Source: Candidatus Latescibacterota bacterium (GTDB lineage Bacteria > Latescibacterota > UBA2968 > UBA8231). From it: 64,000 bases of DNA. Under the pieces are notes generated by a model, which was not told the DNA's origin, did no database searches, and was given only the letters and a program-made list of their open reading frames with translations. Positions 9,507 to 19,043 of the stretch are shown here, piece by piece. The translations under genes were made by a program, and so were the position numbers. The stretch is from the NCBI GenBank assembly GCA_965217585.1, contig OZ244561.1, positions 1,888,001 to 1,952,000 of the forward strand, read 5' to 3'. The number at the start of each line of letters is the position of its first letter. Position 1 is the stretch's first letter.

Positions 9507-11084
9507 ATGCTAAAGATGGAACCCGAAGCGGGACAGACGGCCAAGCGCAAACTGCCCATCGGCATTCAGACCTTTCGCCAGATTCGCGAAGAACCCTACT
9601 ACTATGTCGATAAGACCGCCTACATAAGGCGGTTGGTCGCCGAGGGCAAGCACTACTTCCTGTCGCGCCCACGTCGCTTTGGCAAGAGCCTGTTTCTCGA
9701 TACGCTCAAGGAACTGTTCGAGGGCAACGAGCCGCTGTTTAAGGGGCTGGCCATTCACGACCAGTGGGATTGGTCGGTGCGCCATCCGGTGCTGCGGCTG
9801 AGCTTTGGCAGCGGCAACTTCAAGGAACCGGGCTTCCTGCACGAGAACTCGATGGAACAGCTAACCGCCATTGAACGCCGGGCAGGAGTGGTTGCCGAGT
9901 CCGGCACAGCACCGGGGCGGTTCGCCCACTTGCTAGAGACACTGCACGACGAGGCCGGCCAGCCAGTGGCGGTGCTGATTGACGAGTACGACAAGCCCAT
10001 TCTCGACGCACTGGAGGAACCAGAGATCGCCCGCGCCAACCGCGACTACTTGCGCGGCTTGTACGCGACGATCAAGGACAGCGACGCGCACATCGCGTTC
10101 TCCTTCCTCACCGGGGTAAGCAAGTTCTCCAAGGTCAGCCTGTTCTCCGGCCTCAACAACCTCATCGACATCACCCTAAACCCGCACTACTCCGCCATTT
10201 GCGGCTACACCGAGGCGGACTTGGACGCGGTGTTCGGACCGGAACTCCCCGGCTTGGACCGCAATGAAATACGCACGTGGTACAACGGCTACAACTGGCT
10301 GGGCGAGGAAGCCGTGTACAACCCCTTCGACGTGTTGTTGCTGTTCTACAACCGCCGGTTCGCCGCCTACTGGTTTGAGACAGGTACGCCGACGTTTCTG
10401 CTCGAGATGTTGGTGGCGCGGGGGATCAGTTCCCTGTCCTTGGACGACATGCCCAGCAGCGACGCGTTGTTGTCGGCCTTTGACGTGGATCACATTGCGA
10501 CCGAGGCACTGCTGTTCCAGACCGGCTACCTAACCATTCGCCGCACCGAGCTGCGCGGCGGGGAGCTATACTACCGGCTGGGCTACCCGAACCGGGAGGT
10601 GCAGCAGAGCCTGAACAAGAGCCTGCTGAACCACCTGACGGGCAACATCTCGCGTCAGGTCGAGCACAGTGCCCGGCTGTACGATCTGCTGCTGGTCAAC
10701 GACTTCGATAGCTTGAAAACGCTATTCGAGGCGTTCTTTGCCAGCATCCCCTACCAATGGCATACCAACAACGAGATTGCCAACTACGAGGGCTATTACG
10801 CCAACGTGTTCTACTCCTACTTCGCGTCGCTGGGGCTGGCGATCACAGTAGAGGACAGCAGCCAAGCGGGTCGCCTCGACATGGCGCTCCTGTTCAATGG
10901 GAATGTGTACCTGTTTGAGTTCAAGGTGGTGGAACGGGTGTCGGCGGGGGCGGCGATCAAGCAGCTAAAGGAGAGAGACTACGCAGCCAAGTATCGCGGA
11001 CGAGGCGAGCCGATTTACCTGATAGGAGTGGAGTTCAGCCGAGAGACCCGCGCCTTGGCGGGTTTTGAAGTGGAGCGCGTGTAA
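9507..11084 (+). CDS. AAA-ATPase-like / PD-(D/E)XK nuclease (PDDEXK_9-like) protein, copy 1
   Basis: KLPIGIQTF..YYYVDKT, Walker A RPRRFGKS, Walker B LIDEYDKP, FLTGVSKF, WYNGY, YNPF; C-terminal GRLDM..FEFK..AIKQLKERDY. Confidence 0.92.
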   Translation: MLKMEPEAGQTAKRKLPIGIQTFRQIREEPYYYVDKTAYIRRLVAEGKHYFLSRPRRFGKSLFLDTLKELFEGNEPLFKGLAIHDQWDWSVRHPVLRLSFGSGNFKEPGFLHENSMEQLTAIERRAGVVAESGTAPGRFAHLLETLHDEAGQPVAVLIDEYDKPILDALEEPEIARANRDYLRGLYATIKDSDAHIAFSFLTGVSKFSKVSLFSGLNNLIDITLNPHYSAICGYTEADLDAVFGPELPGLDRNEIRTWYNGYNWLGEEAVYNPFDVLLLFYNRRFAAYWFETGTPTFLLEMLVARGISSLSLDDMPSSDALLSAFDVDHIATEALLFQTGYLTIRRTELRGGELYYRLGYPNREVQQSLNKSLLNHLTGNISRQVEHSARLYDLLLVNDFDSLKTLFEAFFASIPYQWHTNNEIANYEGYYANVFYSYFASLGLAITVEDSSQAGRLDMALLFNGNVYLFEFKVVERVSAGAAIKQLKERDYAAKYRGRGEPIYLIGVEFSRETRALAGFEVERV

Positions 11085-11147
11085 ATGTCGCCGGACAACA
11101 CCTCGGCTCCCGGCTCGGCTTCTATAGCACCTATTACGCCGCCGAGC
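11085..11147. repeat. Intergenic hairpin repeat, copy 3
   Basis: atgtcgccggacaacacctcggctcccggCTCGGCttctatagcacctattacgccGCCGAGc, starting directly after the stop codon. Confidence 0.75.
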
Positions 11148-11184
11148 CCCTCATTCGCATCAACGTCCAAGGCATCGCATTTCT

Positions 11185-11213
11185 TTGCACGAGTTGGCCC
11201 TGTATCCTATTTT
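11185..11213 (+). promoter_or_regulatory. Sigma70-like promoter of the second AAA/nuclease gene
   Basis: TTGCAC-N17-TATTTT with a spacer nearly identical to 9420-9436. Confidence 0.6.
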
Positions 11214-11259
11214 GTCGGCTGTAGGTCCCATACTTCCCCGGTACTCTAGAGTAAGCCCC

Positions 11260-12825
11260 ATGCTAAAGATGGAACCCGAAGCGGGACAGACTGCTAGGCG
11301 CAAACTGCCCATCGGCATCCAGACCTTTCGCCAGATTCGCGAAGAACCCTACTACTATGTCGATAAGACCGCCTACATAAGGCGGCTGGTCGCCGAGGGC
11401 AAACACTATTTCCTATCGCGCCCACGTCGCTTTGGCAAGAGCCTGTTTCTCGATACGCTCAAGGAACTGTTCGAGGGCAACGAGCCTTTGTTTAAGGGGC
11501 TGGCCATCCACGACCAGTGGGATTGGTCGGTGTGCCATCCCGTGCTGCGGCTGAGCTTTGGCAGCGGCAATTTCAAGGAGCCGGGCAATCTGCACAAGGA
11601 GACGATGGCCCAATTGGACGCCATAGAGAAGGTTGACGGCTGCGACACTGCACCGGCTTACTTCCGGCATTTGCTGCGGACGCTGCATCAACGGACCGGC
11701 CAGCCGGTGGCGGTGCTAATTGACGAGTACGATAAGCCCATTCTAGACGCGCTGGAGGTGCCAGAAGTCGCCCGGGCCAACCGCGACTACTTGCGCGGCT
11801 TGTACGCGACGATCAAGGACAGCGACGCACACATCGCGTTCTCCTTCCTCACCGGGGTTAGCAAGTTCTCCAAGGTCAGCTTGTTCTCCGGCCTCAACAA
11901 TCTCAAGGACATTACCTTAGACCCACGCTATTCTGCCATTTGCGGCTATACCGAGGCGGACTTGGACGCGGTGTTCGCCCCAGAACTGCCCGGCTTGGAC
12001 CGAGAGGAAATCCGGCGCTGGTACAACGGCTACAACTGGCTGGGCGAGGAACAGGTGTACAACCCCTTCGACATCCTCCTGTTCTTCGACCGCCGTCAGT
12101 TCGGTGCCTATTGGTTCGAGACGGGTACGCCGACGTTTCTGCTCGAGATGTTGTTGGAGCGCGGGGTCAGTTCCTTGGCCTTGGACGACATGCTCGGCAG
12201 TGAGGAGTTGCTGTCGGCGTTTGACGTGGATCACATTGCGACCGAGGCCCTGCTGTTCCAGACCGGCTACCTAACCATTCGCCGCACTGAGTCGCGCGGC
12301 GGGGAGCTATACTACCGGCTGGGCTACCCGAACCGGGAGGTGCAGCAGAGCCTGAACAAGAGCCTGCTGAATCACCTGACGGGCAACCCCTCGCGCCAGG
12401 TCGAGCACAACGCCCGGCTGTACGACCTGCTGCTGGTCAACGATTTCGACGGCTTGAAAACGCTGTTCGAGGCGTTCTTTGCCAGCATTCCGTATCAGTG
12501 GCACACGAACAACGAGATTGCCAACTACGAGGGCTATTACGCCAGCGTGTTTTACTCGTACTTCGCGTCGCTGGGGCTGACGATCACGGTGGAGGACAGC
12601 AGCCAAGCGGGTCGCCTCGATATGGCGGTCCTGTTCAATGGGAATGTGTACCTGTTTGAGTTCAAGGTGGTGGAACGGGCGTCGGAGGGGGCGGCGATCA
12701 GGCAGTTGAAAGAGAGAGACTACGCAGCCAAGTATCGCGGACGAGGCGAGCCGATTTACCTGATCGGAGTGGAGTTTAGTCGGAAGACGCGCACCTTGGC
12801 GGCTTTTGAAGTGGAGCGTATGTGA
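11260..12825 (+). CDS. AAA-ATPase-like / PD-(D/E)XK nuclease protein, copy 2 (tandem paralog)
   Basis: Same motifs as 9507-11084, with long stretches nearly identical at the DNA level. Confidence 0.92.
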   Translation: MLKMEPEAGQTARRKLPIGIQTFRQIREEPYYYVDKTAYIRRLVAEGKHYFLSRPRRFGKSLFLDTLKELFEGNEPLFKGLAIHDQWDWSVCHPVLRLSFGSGNFKEPGNLHKETMAQLDAIEKVDGCDTAPAYFRHLLRTLHQRTGQPVAVLIDEYDKPILDALEVPEVARANRDYLRGLYATIKDSDAHIAFSFLTGVSKFSKVSLFSGLNNLKDITLDPRYSAICGYTEADLDAVFAPELPGLDREEIRRWYNGYNWLGEEQVYNPFDILLFFDRRQFGAYWFETGTPTFLLEMLLERGVSSLALDDMLGSEELLSAFDVDHIATEALLFQTGYLTIRRTESRGGELYYRLGYPNREVQQSLNKSLLNHLTGNPSRQVEHNARLYDLLLVNDFDGLKTLFEAFFASIPYQWHTNNEIANYEGYYASVFYSYFASLGLTITVEDSSQAGRLDMAVLFNGNVYLFEFKVVERASEGAAIRQLKERDYAAKYRGRGEPIYLIGVEFSRKTRTLAAFEVERM

Positions 12826-12827
12826 AT

Positions 12828-13841
12828 ATGTCCAGCACACCTGCCATCCAAACCACAACCGTCGGCTCCTATCCCGTCCCAGACTGGCTCCAAGCCCTGC
12901 CCTCCGAGCAGGCCCTCGTCGATGCCACCCGCGTAGTGTTCGACACCCAGCGCCAAGCCGGCATCGACCTGCCCACCGACGGCGAGCTGTACCGCTTCGA
13001 CATCAACCACCCGGACACCAACGGCATGATCGAGTACTTCGTCCGGCCCATGGGCGGCACCCGCGCAGAATTTGGCCGCCGCGAGGCCGAGGAGTTTGCC
13101 GCCAAACAAAGCATGGGCTTCCGGGCCAAGCCCGCGGCCGTGGTGGAAGCCGAACTCGGCGCGGGCAGCCTCGACCTGTTCGCCGACTGCGCCCGCGCCG
13201 CCGCCGTGGCCGGCGGCCCCTTCAAGTTCACCCTGACCAGTCCCTACATGCTGGCCCGCACCCTCCTCGATCACCACTACGGCGACTTTGCCGCGCTCTT
13301 GATGGGTGTTGCCCACGTCCTCGCCGACCAAGTCCGCGGCCTACCCTGCTCCTGCATCCAGATCGACGAGGCCAACATCCCCGGCAACCCAGCCGACGGC
13401 CCCCTCGCGGCCCGCGCCATCAATGCCGTACTCGACAGCATCGACGCGGGCACCCAAAAGGCCGTCCACTTCTGCTTTGGCAACTACGGAGGCCAGACCA
13501 TCCAGCAGGGCGAATGGCGCGCCCTGCTCGGCTTTCTCAACGAACTGCGTGCCGATCACTTGGTGCTTGAGCTCGCCCACCGCCCGGCGAGCGACCTGAG
13601 CGCCCTGCGACAAATCGACCCGCACATCGGCCTCGGCCTCGGCGTGATCGACATCAAGGTCAACCACATCGAGACGGCCGAAGAGATCGCCCGCCGCATA
13701 GAAGCCGCTGCTGCCGCCGCTGGACCCGACCGCATCCGCTTCGTCCACCCAGACTGCGGCTTTTGGATGCTCAAACGCTCCATCGCCGACCGCAAAATCA
13801 CGGCACTGGCCGAAGGACGCGATCTGTACTTGGGGCTTTAG
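12828..13841 (+). CDS. Cobalamin-independent methionine synthase-like protein (catalytic domain only)
   Basis: TTVGSYP, QxxAGIDLPTDGE, IQIDEA; Zn ligands HFCFGN, LE, HPDCG. Confidence 0.88.
   Translation: MSSTPAIQTTTVGSYPVPDWLQALPSEQALVDATRVVFDTQRQAGIDLPTDGELYRFDINHPDTNGMIEYFVRPMGGTRAEFGRREAEEFAAKQSMGFRAKPAAVVEAELGAGSLDLFADCARAAAVAGGPFKFTLTSPYMLARTLLDHHYGDFAALLMGVAHVLADQVRGLPCSCIQIDEANIPGNPADGPLAARAINAVLDSIDAGTQKAVHFCFGNYGGQTIQQGEWRALLGFLNELRADHLVLELAHRPASDLSALRQIDPHIGLGLGVIDIKVNHIETAEEIARRIEAAAAAAGPDRIRFVHPDCGFWMLKRSIADRKITALAEGRDLYLGL
13779..13841 (+). repeat. Left direct repeat (3' end of the methionine synthase-like gene; att-like)
   Basis: Matches 51434-51497. GATCTGTACTTGGGGCTTTA (13821-13840) is identical to 51477-51496. 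Confidence 0.88.
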
Positions 13842-13933
13842 AAGCTGCGGCCTAGTTAACGCTCGGCGCTGACTAAGGGCAGATGGGCCTCCCCATCCGA
13901 GGGCACAGCCCGCCTTTGGCTTGCTTGCAACCG

Positions 13934-15751
13934 ATGATGCAAAAAATAGCCTTCATTTTTTGCATGGCCTGGAGCCTGCCAGCCTGCGATTTAGGCTCTA
14001 ATACAGTGCAATTCGCGGATGTCACGGCCCAATCCGGGATTTCCTTTACCCATACCAATGGTTCTGCCGGGGAGTATTTTCTGATAGAAACGACCGGAGC
14101 GGGCGGGGCCTTCTTCGACTATGACAACGATGGCGACTTGGATGTTTACTTGGTGGATGGATTCGATCTGCAAGGCATCCGCTCGGTTCCCATCAATCTC
14201 GTGTACCAGCAGGGCGATCACTACTGGGTGAGGAAGCCGAACCAAGACGGGGGCGCGCGTTCAAGGGACGCGGCAAATTACGCGGTCGATCTTGCGCCTT
14301 GGCCCGACTCCGCCGGCGTCCCGCCCCGTAATGTGCTGTACCGGAACAATGGGGACGGCACCTTTACTGATACCGGCCAAAAGTCCAAGACGGGCGATAC
14401 GGGCTATGGCATGGGATGCGCGATAGCCGACTACGACAACGACGGCGATCAGGATCTCTACGTGACCAACTACGGGCCGAATGTGCTATACCAGAACAAT
14501 GGGGACGGCACTTTTGCCGATGGTACGGAGCGGGCGGCTGTGGGCGCATCCCAGTGGAGTACGAGCGCTGCTTTCCTAGACTACGACAACGACGGGGAGC
14601 TAGATCTCTACGTGGCTAACTACGTGGATTTCACTGTCGAGACCAACAAGGTATGCGGCGGATATGCGAGGACGAATTCCCAAGGCTACCGGGCCATCGT
14701 CGAGGCTACCCGTTCGTATTGCGCACCTCTGGAGTACAGAGGGGTGCCGGATGTACTGTATCACAACAACGGGGATGGGACCTTTGCCGATGTCTCGGTC
14801 GCGGCCGGGATCAATGATCCATCCGGCAAGGGGTTGGGCGTGGTCGCCTTGGACTACGATAGTGACGGAGATCAGGATTTGTTTGTCGCCAACGATGGGA
14901 CGCCGAACTTTCTCTACCAGAACCTAGGGGACGGAAGGTTTGCAAACGCGGCCTTAACAAAAGGTGTGGCCCACAACGGGGCCGGCGAGTCAGAGGCCGG
15001 CATGGGGGTGGATTTTGGGGATTACGACAACGACGGCGATTTTGATCTTTTTGTCGCCAATTTCTCTTACGAGACCAATACCCTCTACCGCAATGAGGGG
15101 GTTTTCTTCAAGGACGTGACGGCCGCGGTCGGGCTGGCCGAGCCGAGCCACCGCTTCCTCGGCTTTGGGACGAACTTCCTGGACTACGACAACGACGGCG
15201 ACCTCGACCTGTACGTGGCCAACGGGCATGTGCTGGACAAGATCGCCCTGTTCCAGTCGGGGGTCGAGTACATGCAGGAACACCAACTCTTCCGCAACGA
15301 CGGCGATGGGAGTTATACGGAAACCTCTTCGATCTCGGGCGAGTGGTTTTTGCACAAGCAGATCAGCCGTGGTGCCGCCTTCGGAGATTACGACGGAGAC
15401 GGGGATGTGGATGTCCTAGTGACCAACTGCGGTGGGGAAGCCAAACTGGTCCGCAACGACGGCGGCAGTCGAGAGAATTGGCTGATGGTGCGAACCGTGG
15501 GAACCCAGAGCAACAGGGACGGGATAGGAGCTAGGGTGCGGGTGGTAGCGGAGGGGCTGGAACAGATCCGTCAGGTGCGGAGCGGTTCCAGCTACCTGAC
15601 GGCGAGCGACCCACGGCTCCACTTTGGTTTGGAATCTAGGACCAAGGTCGATCTAGTAGAAGTGAGATGGCCCAGTGGTCTGGTGCAGCGATTAGAACAG
15701 GTCCCAATAAATGAAGTGTTAATCATCGAGGAAAAGGTCGCTTCGGAATAA
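13934..15751 (+). CDS. CRTAC1-like FG-GAP/VCBS repeat protein with C-terminal ASPIC/UnbV domain (module A)
   Basis: Many DYDNDGDxDLYVxN repeats, LYxNNGDGTF, NRDGIGARV, GSSYL..DPRLHFGL, VRWPSG. Possible lipobox LPAC. Confidence 0.9.
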   Translation: MMQKIAFIFCMAWSLPACDLGSNTVQFADVTAQSGISFTHTNGSAGEYFLIETTGAGGAFFDYDNDGDLDVYLVDGFDLQGIRSVPINLVYQQGDHYWVRKPNQDGGARSRDAANYAVDLAPWPDSAGVPPRNVLYRNNGDGTFTDTGQKSKTGDTGYGMGCAIADYDNDGDQDLYVTNYGPNVLYQNNGDGTFADGTERAAVGASQWSTSAAFLDYDNDGELDLYVANYVDFTVETNKVCGGYARTNSQGYRAIVEATRSYCAPLEYRGVPDVLYHNNGDGTFADVSVAAGINDPSGKGLGVVALDYDSDGDQDLFVANDGTPNFLYQNLGDGRFANAALTKGVAHNGAGESEAGMGVDFGDYDNDGDFDLFVANFSYETNTLYRNEGVFFKDVTAAVGLAEPSHRFLGFGTNFLDYDNDGDLDLYVANGHVLDKIALFQSGVEYMQEHQLFRNDGDGSYTETSSISGEWFLHKQISRGAAFGDYDGDGDVDVLVTNCGGEAKLVRNDGGSRENWLMVRTVGTQSNRDGIGARVRVVAEGLEQIRQVRSGSSYLTASDPRLHFGLESRTKVDLVEVRWPSGLVQRLEQVPINEVLIIEEKVASE

Positions 15752-15856
15752 GGTTAGTACTTCAATACACGACACCAAATTTACGTTGCCGCATAGCCCG
15801 GCGTTAGGTTTATTGGTGTTGCAAAAATTTCCTCGCTGATTGCGCCCAAACGACCT

Positions 15857-17842
15857 ATGCCCATACCTATTCCCGAGCATTACTTAGCTCCCCAGTCCGC
15901 TCCGCGAGAATCCTCCTCCGGTTTTACGATCAGAGCACTTATTATCGGAACCGCGCTCGCGTTTTTTATTGGTGTGGCGGCTCCGTACGGCAATATGATC
16001 ATTCGCGGATCGTATATGGCGCTGAATATCAGCACCCCTATCGCTTTTTTTATTTTCTTCGTGCTGGTGGGGGGCATAAATGTGGCGCTGCGCCTGATGC
16101 GGGTGAACTGGGCGCTAAAGCCGGCCGAACTGGTGCTCATCTACATCATGATGATCATCGCCGCTACAGTACCTACCAAGGGCTTTACCGAAGCCTGGCT
16201 TCCCAAGATCACGGGTCCCTATTACTACGCTACACCTGAGAACGATTGGGCCACGCTGGCCCATCCGCATATCAAAGCCTGGCTGACTCCCCGCGACCCG
16301 GAGATGATCAAGTATTTTTTTGAGGGGCTTCCCAAAGGCATGGAAATCCCCTGGGGGGTCTGGCTCGAACCTCTTTTTCACTGGAGCCTGTTTTTCCTGG
16401 TCCTCTGCTTTGTGATGATCTGCATATCGGTCATTCTGCACCGGCAATGGGCCCACAATGAACGACTGATCTACCCCTTGATCCAAGTCCCCTTGGACAT
16501 GATCAAAGAGGACTCAAAAGGTTCTCTGGTGAACCCCTTTTTCAAGAATACGGTAATGTGGGCGGGGTTTGCCATTTCCTTCTTCATCACCAGCGTAAAT
16601 GGTTTTCACAACTATTATGAAACCCTCCCCTCAATTGAGCTGGCCACCACTTTCAGCGCCTTTCGCGAGACGATGTCGATACCCATCCACCTGAGCTTTT
16701 CCATGATTGGGTTTTCATATCTCATCAGTCTGGATATCGCCTTCGGAATTTGGTTGTTCTACCTGCTGGGCACACTGGAGCAGGGGATATTCAACATCTT
16801 GGGGATAGCCAGTACGGAGACGCTGGATATATTCGCTACGGCTGCACCTATTATTGCGCATCAGGGAATGGGAGCCTTCATCGTCTTGGTGCTGGCGAGT
16901 CTGTGGGGGGCCCGCAGGCATCTGATGGATGTATTTAACAAGGCTTTTAGGCGGACTTCGACCGTCGATGATTCCCAGGAGTTGCTGTCGTACCGCACCG
17001 CGGTACTCGGCTTGATCGCCGGTTTGGGATTTATAGGGATCTGGCTCTACAAAGGCGGCCTAGCCGCTTGGCTGGTACCTATCTTTCTCTTTGCCGTTTT
17101 CGTCCTCTTTATCGCGCTGACCCGGGTGGTTGCCGAGGCCGGCTTGGCCGCGGTACGGGCTCCCCTAACACCCGTCTCATTTCTGATCTCTGGGGTCGGT
17201 TCATCTGCCATCGGTCCGGCCGGCCTAGTCTTCCTAGGACTCAGCTTTTCCTGGGCAGTCAACTTCAGGACCTTTGTGCTGGCCTCTGCTGCCAACGGGT
17301 TGAAGCTGAGCGACGAAGTTGGCGCAGGGCAGCGGAAAAGACCGCTGTTCTGGGCCATGATGCTGGCCGTAGTGGTCAGTCTGGTGGGTTCGACCTGGAT
17401 TATACTCGCCATGTGCTATAAGTATGGGGGAATCAATCTGGATCAATGGTTCTTCGTCGGCGGGGCCTCGAGGCCCTTTGATTTTGTGGTTCCGTACTTG
17501 ACCACACCTGTCGAGGCCAATCTAAGCGGCTGGTTGTGGACGGGTGTAGGAGGAGGGATCATGAATATATTGATCGTCATCCGACAAAAATTACTCTGGT
17601 GGCCGTTTCATCCACTCGGGTTCTTGATCAGCACCACGTGGATGGCGCAGTTCGTCTGGTTCAATGTATTTCTGGCTTGGCTCGTAAAACTCTTGGTCCT
17701 GCGCTACGGAGGGGCGCGGTTGTACCAAGCTAGCCGACCGTTTTTCTTAGGTTTGATCCTGGGGCACTTTACCGTTGCGGGAGTGTGGCTGATCGTGGAT
17801 CACTTTACCGGCATGACGGACAATCAACTGATGTGGTTGTAA
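15857..17842 (+). CDS. DUF6785/DUF6784-like polytopic membrane protein, putative peptide/oligomer transporter (module A)
   Basis: About 16 hydrophobic segments; YYATPENDW, RQW..ERL.YPL, DDS.ELLSYR.AV, YKYGGINL, WPFHPLG, K..VLRYGG..LY...RPFFLGL. Confidence 0.75.
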   Translation: MPIPIPEHYLAPQSAPRESSSGFTIRALIIGTALAFFIGVAAPYGNMIIRGSYMALNISTPIAFFIFFVLVGGINVALRLMRVNWALKPAELVLIYIMMIIAATVPTKGFTEAWLPKITGPYYYATPENDWATLAHPHIKAWLTPRDPEMIKYFFEGLPKGMEIPWGVWLEPLFHWSLFFLVLCFVMICISVILHRQWAHNERLIYPLIQVPLDMIKEDSKGSLVNPFFKNTVMWAGFAISFFITSVNGFHNYYETLPSIELATTFSAFRETMSIPIHLSFSMIGFSYLISLDIAFGIWLFYLLGTLEQGIFNILGIASTETLDIFATAAPIIAHQGMGAFIVLVLASLWGARRHLMDVFNKAFRRTSTVDDSQELLSYRTAVLGLIAGLGFIGIWLYKGGLAAWLVPIFLFAVFVLFIALTRVVAEAGLAAVRAPLTPVSFLISGVGSSAIGPAGLVFLGLSFSWAVNFRTFVLASAANGLKLSDEVGAGQRKRPLFWAMMLAVVVSLVGSTWIILAMCYKYGGINLDQWFFVGGASRPFDFVVPYLTTPVEANLSGWLWTGVGGGIMNILIVIRQKLLWWPFHPLGFLISTTWMAQFVWFNVFLAWLVKLLVLRYGGARLYQASRPFFLGLILGHFTVAGVWLIVDHFTGMTDNQLMWL

Positions 17843-17895
17843 ACGAAGTCGCGGATGAAGCCATAAGCGTCGACACCAGAAGCGGACAGAAAAAC

Positions 17896-17988
17896 TTGAC
17901 ATCTCTGATCTTATTTATTAATAGGTATCCAACTTGCGGGAGTTACAAAATCAAAAGAAGACATAACTTATTGATCCTCAGTAATTTA
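17896..17988 (+). promoter_or_regulatory. TTGACA promoter-like region plus a downstream imperfect palindrome
   Basis: TTGACA at 17896, followed by an AT-rich -10 zone. TAACTTATTGA-tcc-TCAGTAATTTA at 17964-17988. Confidence 0.4.
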
Positions 17989-18043
17989 GAAAATGGCGGT
18001 TCGCGAAAGGCCAAAATTGCAAAAAGTGTCTGAACTATTGACT

Positions 18044-18820
18044 ATGAAAGCCACTTTTCGGCTTGTGACGAAAGGGAGATCACAGCGGTTATCCGCTCTG
18101 GCCGCAGGTTTTTTACTGGCCGGTCTTTGCGCTACGTGCGGGTACAGGTACTACGCCGGTCCCTTGCAACCCCTCCCCGACGCCGAGCAACACACCGGCA
18201 TGCAAGTTAGCGATGACGGGACGGTGCTGTTCGTTCAGGAGAGATTTGAAGTCGGAGTGCGTCCCCAGACTGACGCGGAACTGAACCGGTTGTATCCTAT
18301 GTACTCCAAGGGCGGTATAGAGTCTATAAATCCCTATACCTACGGCGACTGGAAAGATCCCGAAACCGGCTCGACGCCGCAGCGCTTCACGATCTTCCTT
18401 TTAAAGGTTAAAAATTACAGCTATCCCAAAGTGCAAATCGACCCTTTGAAGATTTCGCTCATCGCTGCAAACGGTCGCGAATACCCGGCTCTAGATCCGC
18501 TCAAATTCGACGAGTACTATCGTCCGTACGCCACTGCTTATTCCGGGAATCTGTACGACCGCTACGAAGAGCGCAAAGACCTGTTCGCCTCTTCTAGATA
18601 CGGCTCTGAACCCGTATTCAGCGGTCAGGAAGCCCAAGGATTTCTGGTCTTTCCCGCCCTACATCCAGATGTGCGGGAATTGCGCCTCAAGCTCAAAGAT
18701 GTAGCGATCAGATTCGACTTTCGGGGCGATCCAATAGAAATGCTCGACCTCGAGTATCTTTTTTTTCGGGAAACCGGCCGGATTTATCCCGATGGGACGA
18801 CGAGATTGTCTTCGGGGTAA
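18044..18820 (+). CDS. Conserved putative lipoprotein of unknown function (module A)
   Basis: Hydrophobic leader ending CATCG. Homologous to 36340-37074 (DDG.V..V.ER.E.G.RP.TD.ELNR, NP.TYGDWK, T.FLL.VKNY.YPKV..DP, VFSG....G...FP.L..DV, RFD.R..P.E..DL). Confidence 0.8.
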   Translation: MKATFRLVTKGRSQRLSALAAGFLLAGLCATCGYRYYAGPLQPLPDAEQHTGMQVSDDGTVLFVQERFEVGVRPQTDAELNRLYPMYSKGGIESINPYTYGDWKDPETGSTPQRFTIFLLKVKNYSYPKVQIDPLKISLIAANGREYPALDPLKFDEYYRPYATAYSGNLYDRYEERKDLFASSRYGSEPVFSGQEAQGFLVFPALHPDVRELRLKLKDVAIRFDFRGDPIEMLDLEYLFFRETGRIYPDGTTRLSSG

Positions 18821-18837
18821 TCGGGCTATCTATCCTG

Positions 18838-18863
18838 CAAAACCGATGTGTTCGGTAAGCGTT
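18838..18863 (+). promoter_or_regulatory. ECF-sigma-like promoter (AAAC-N16-CGTT)
   Basis: AAC 18841-18843, 16 nt, CGTT 18860-18863. Same geometry as 54602-54626. Confidence 0.35.
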
Positions 18864-19043
18864 TTTTGCGAAAACACCTCAACTAGAATTTACAGAAAGG
18901 AGGTGGTTGAATGAGGTGAATCTTTTCCCGGGCAGGTGTGGACGGGATAATCGATTTTTTTCGACTCTACAGCGGGAATTGATAAGTCCTGCTGGTTTGC
19001 AATTTTGTTCCATCTCGTCATTCCGAATTGAGGAGTCTATTCA

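Noticed and set aside
9507-12825. Diversity-generating retroelement explanation for the near-identical pair
   Set aside because: No reverse transcriptase; both copies are full genes; differences are not adenine-specific.
17991-18012. 'MAVRE' ORF start resembling antisense tRNA-Ser, i.e. a possible att relic
   Set aside because: The DNA (tggcggttcgcgaaagg) lacks the T-arm complement ttcgaacc; the similarity is only at peptide level.
18830-18900. c-di-GMP-I riboswitch
   Set aside because: A GCAAA-like start is present, but the GNRA tetraloop/receptor and second stem consensus are not.
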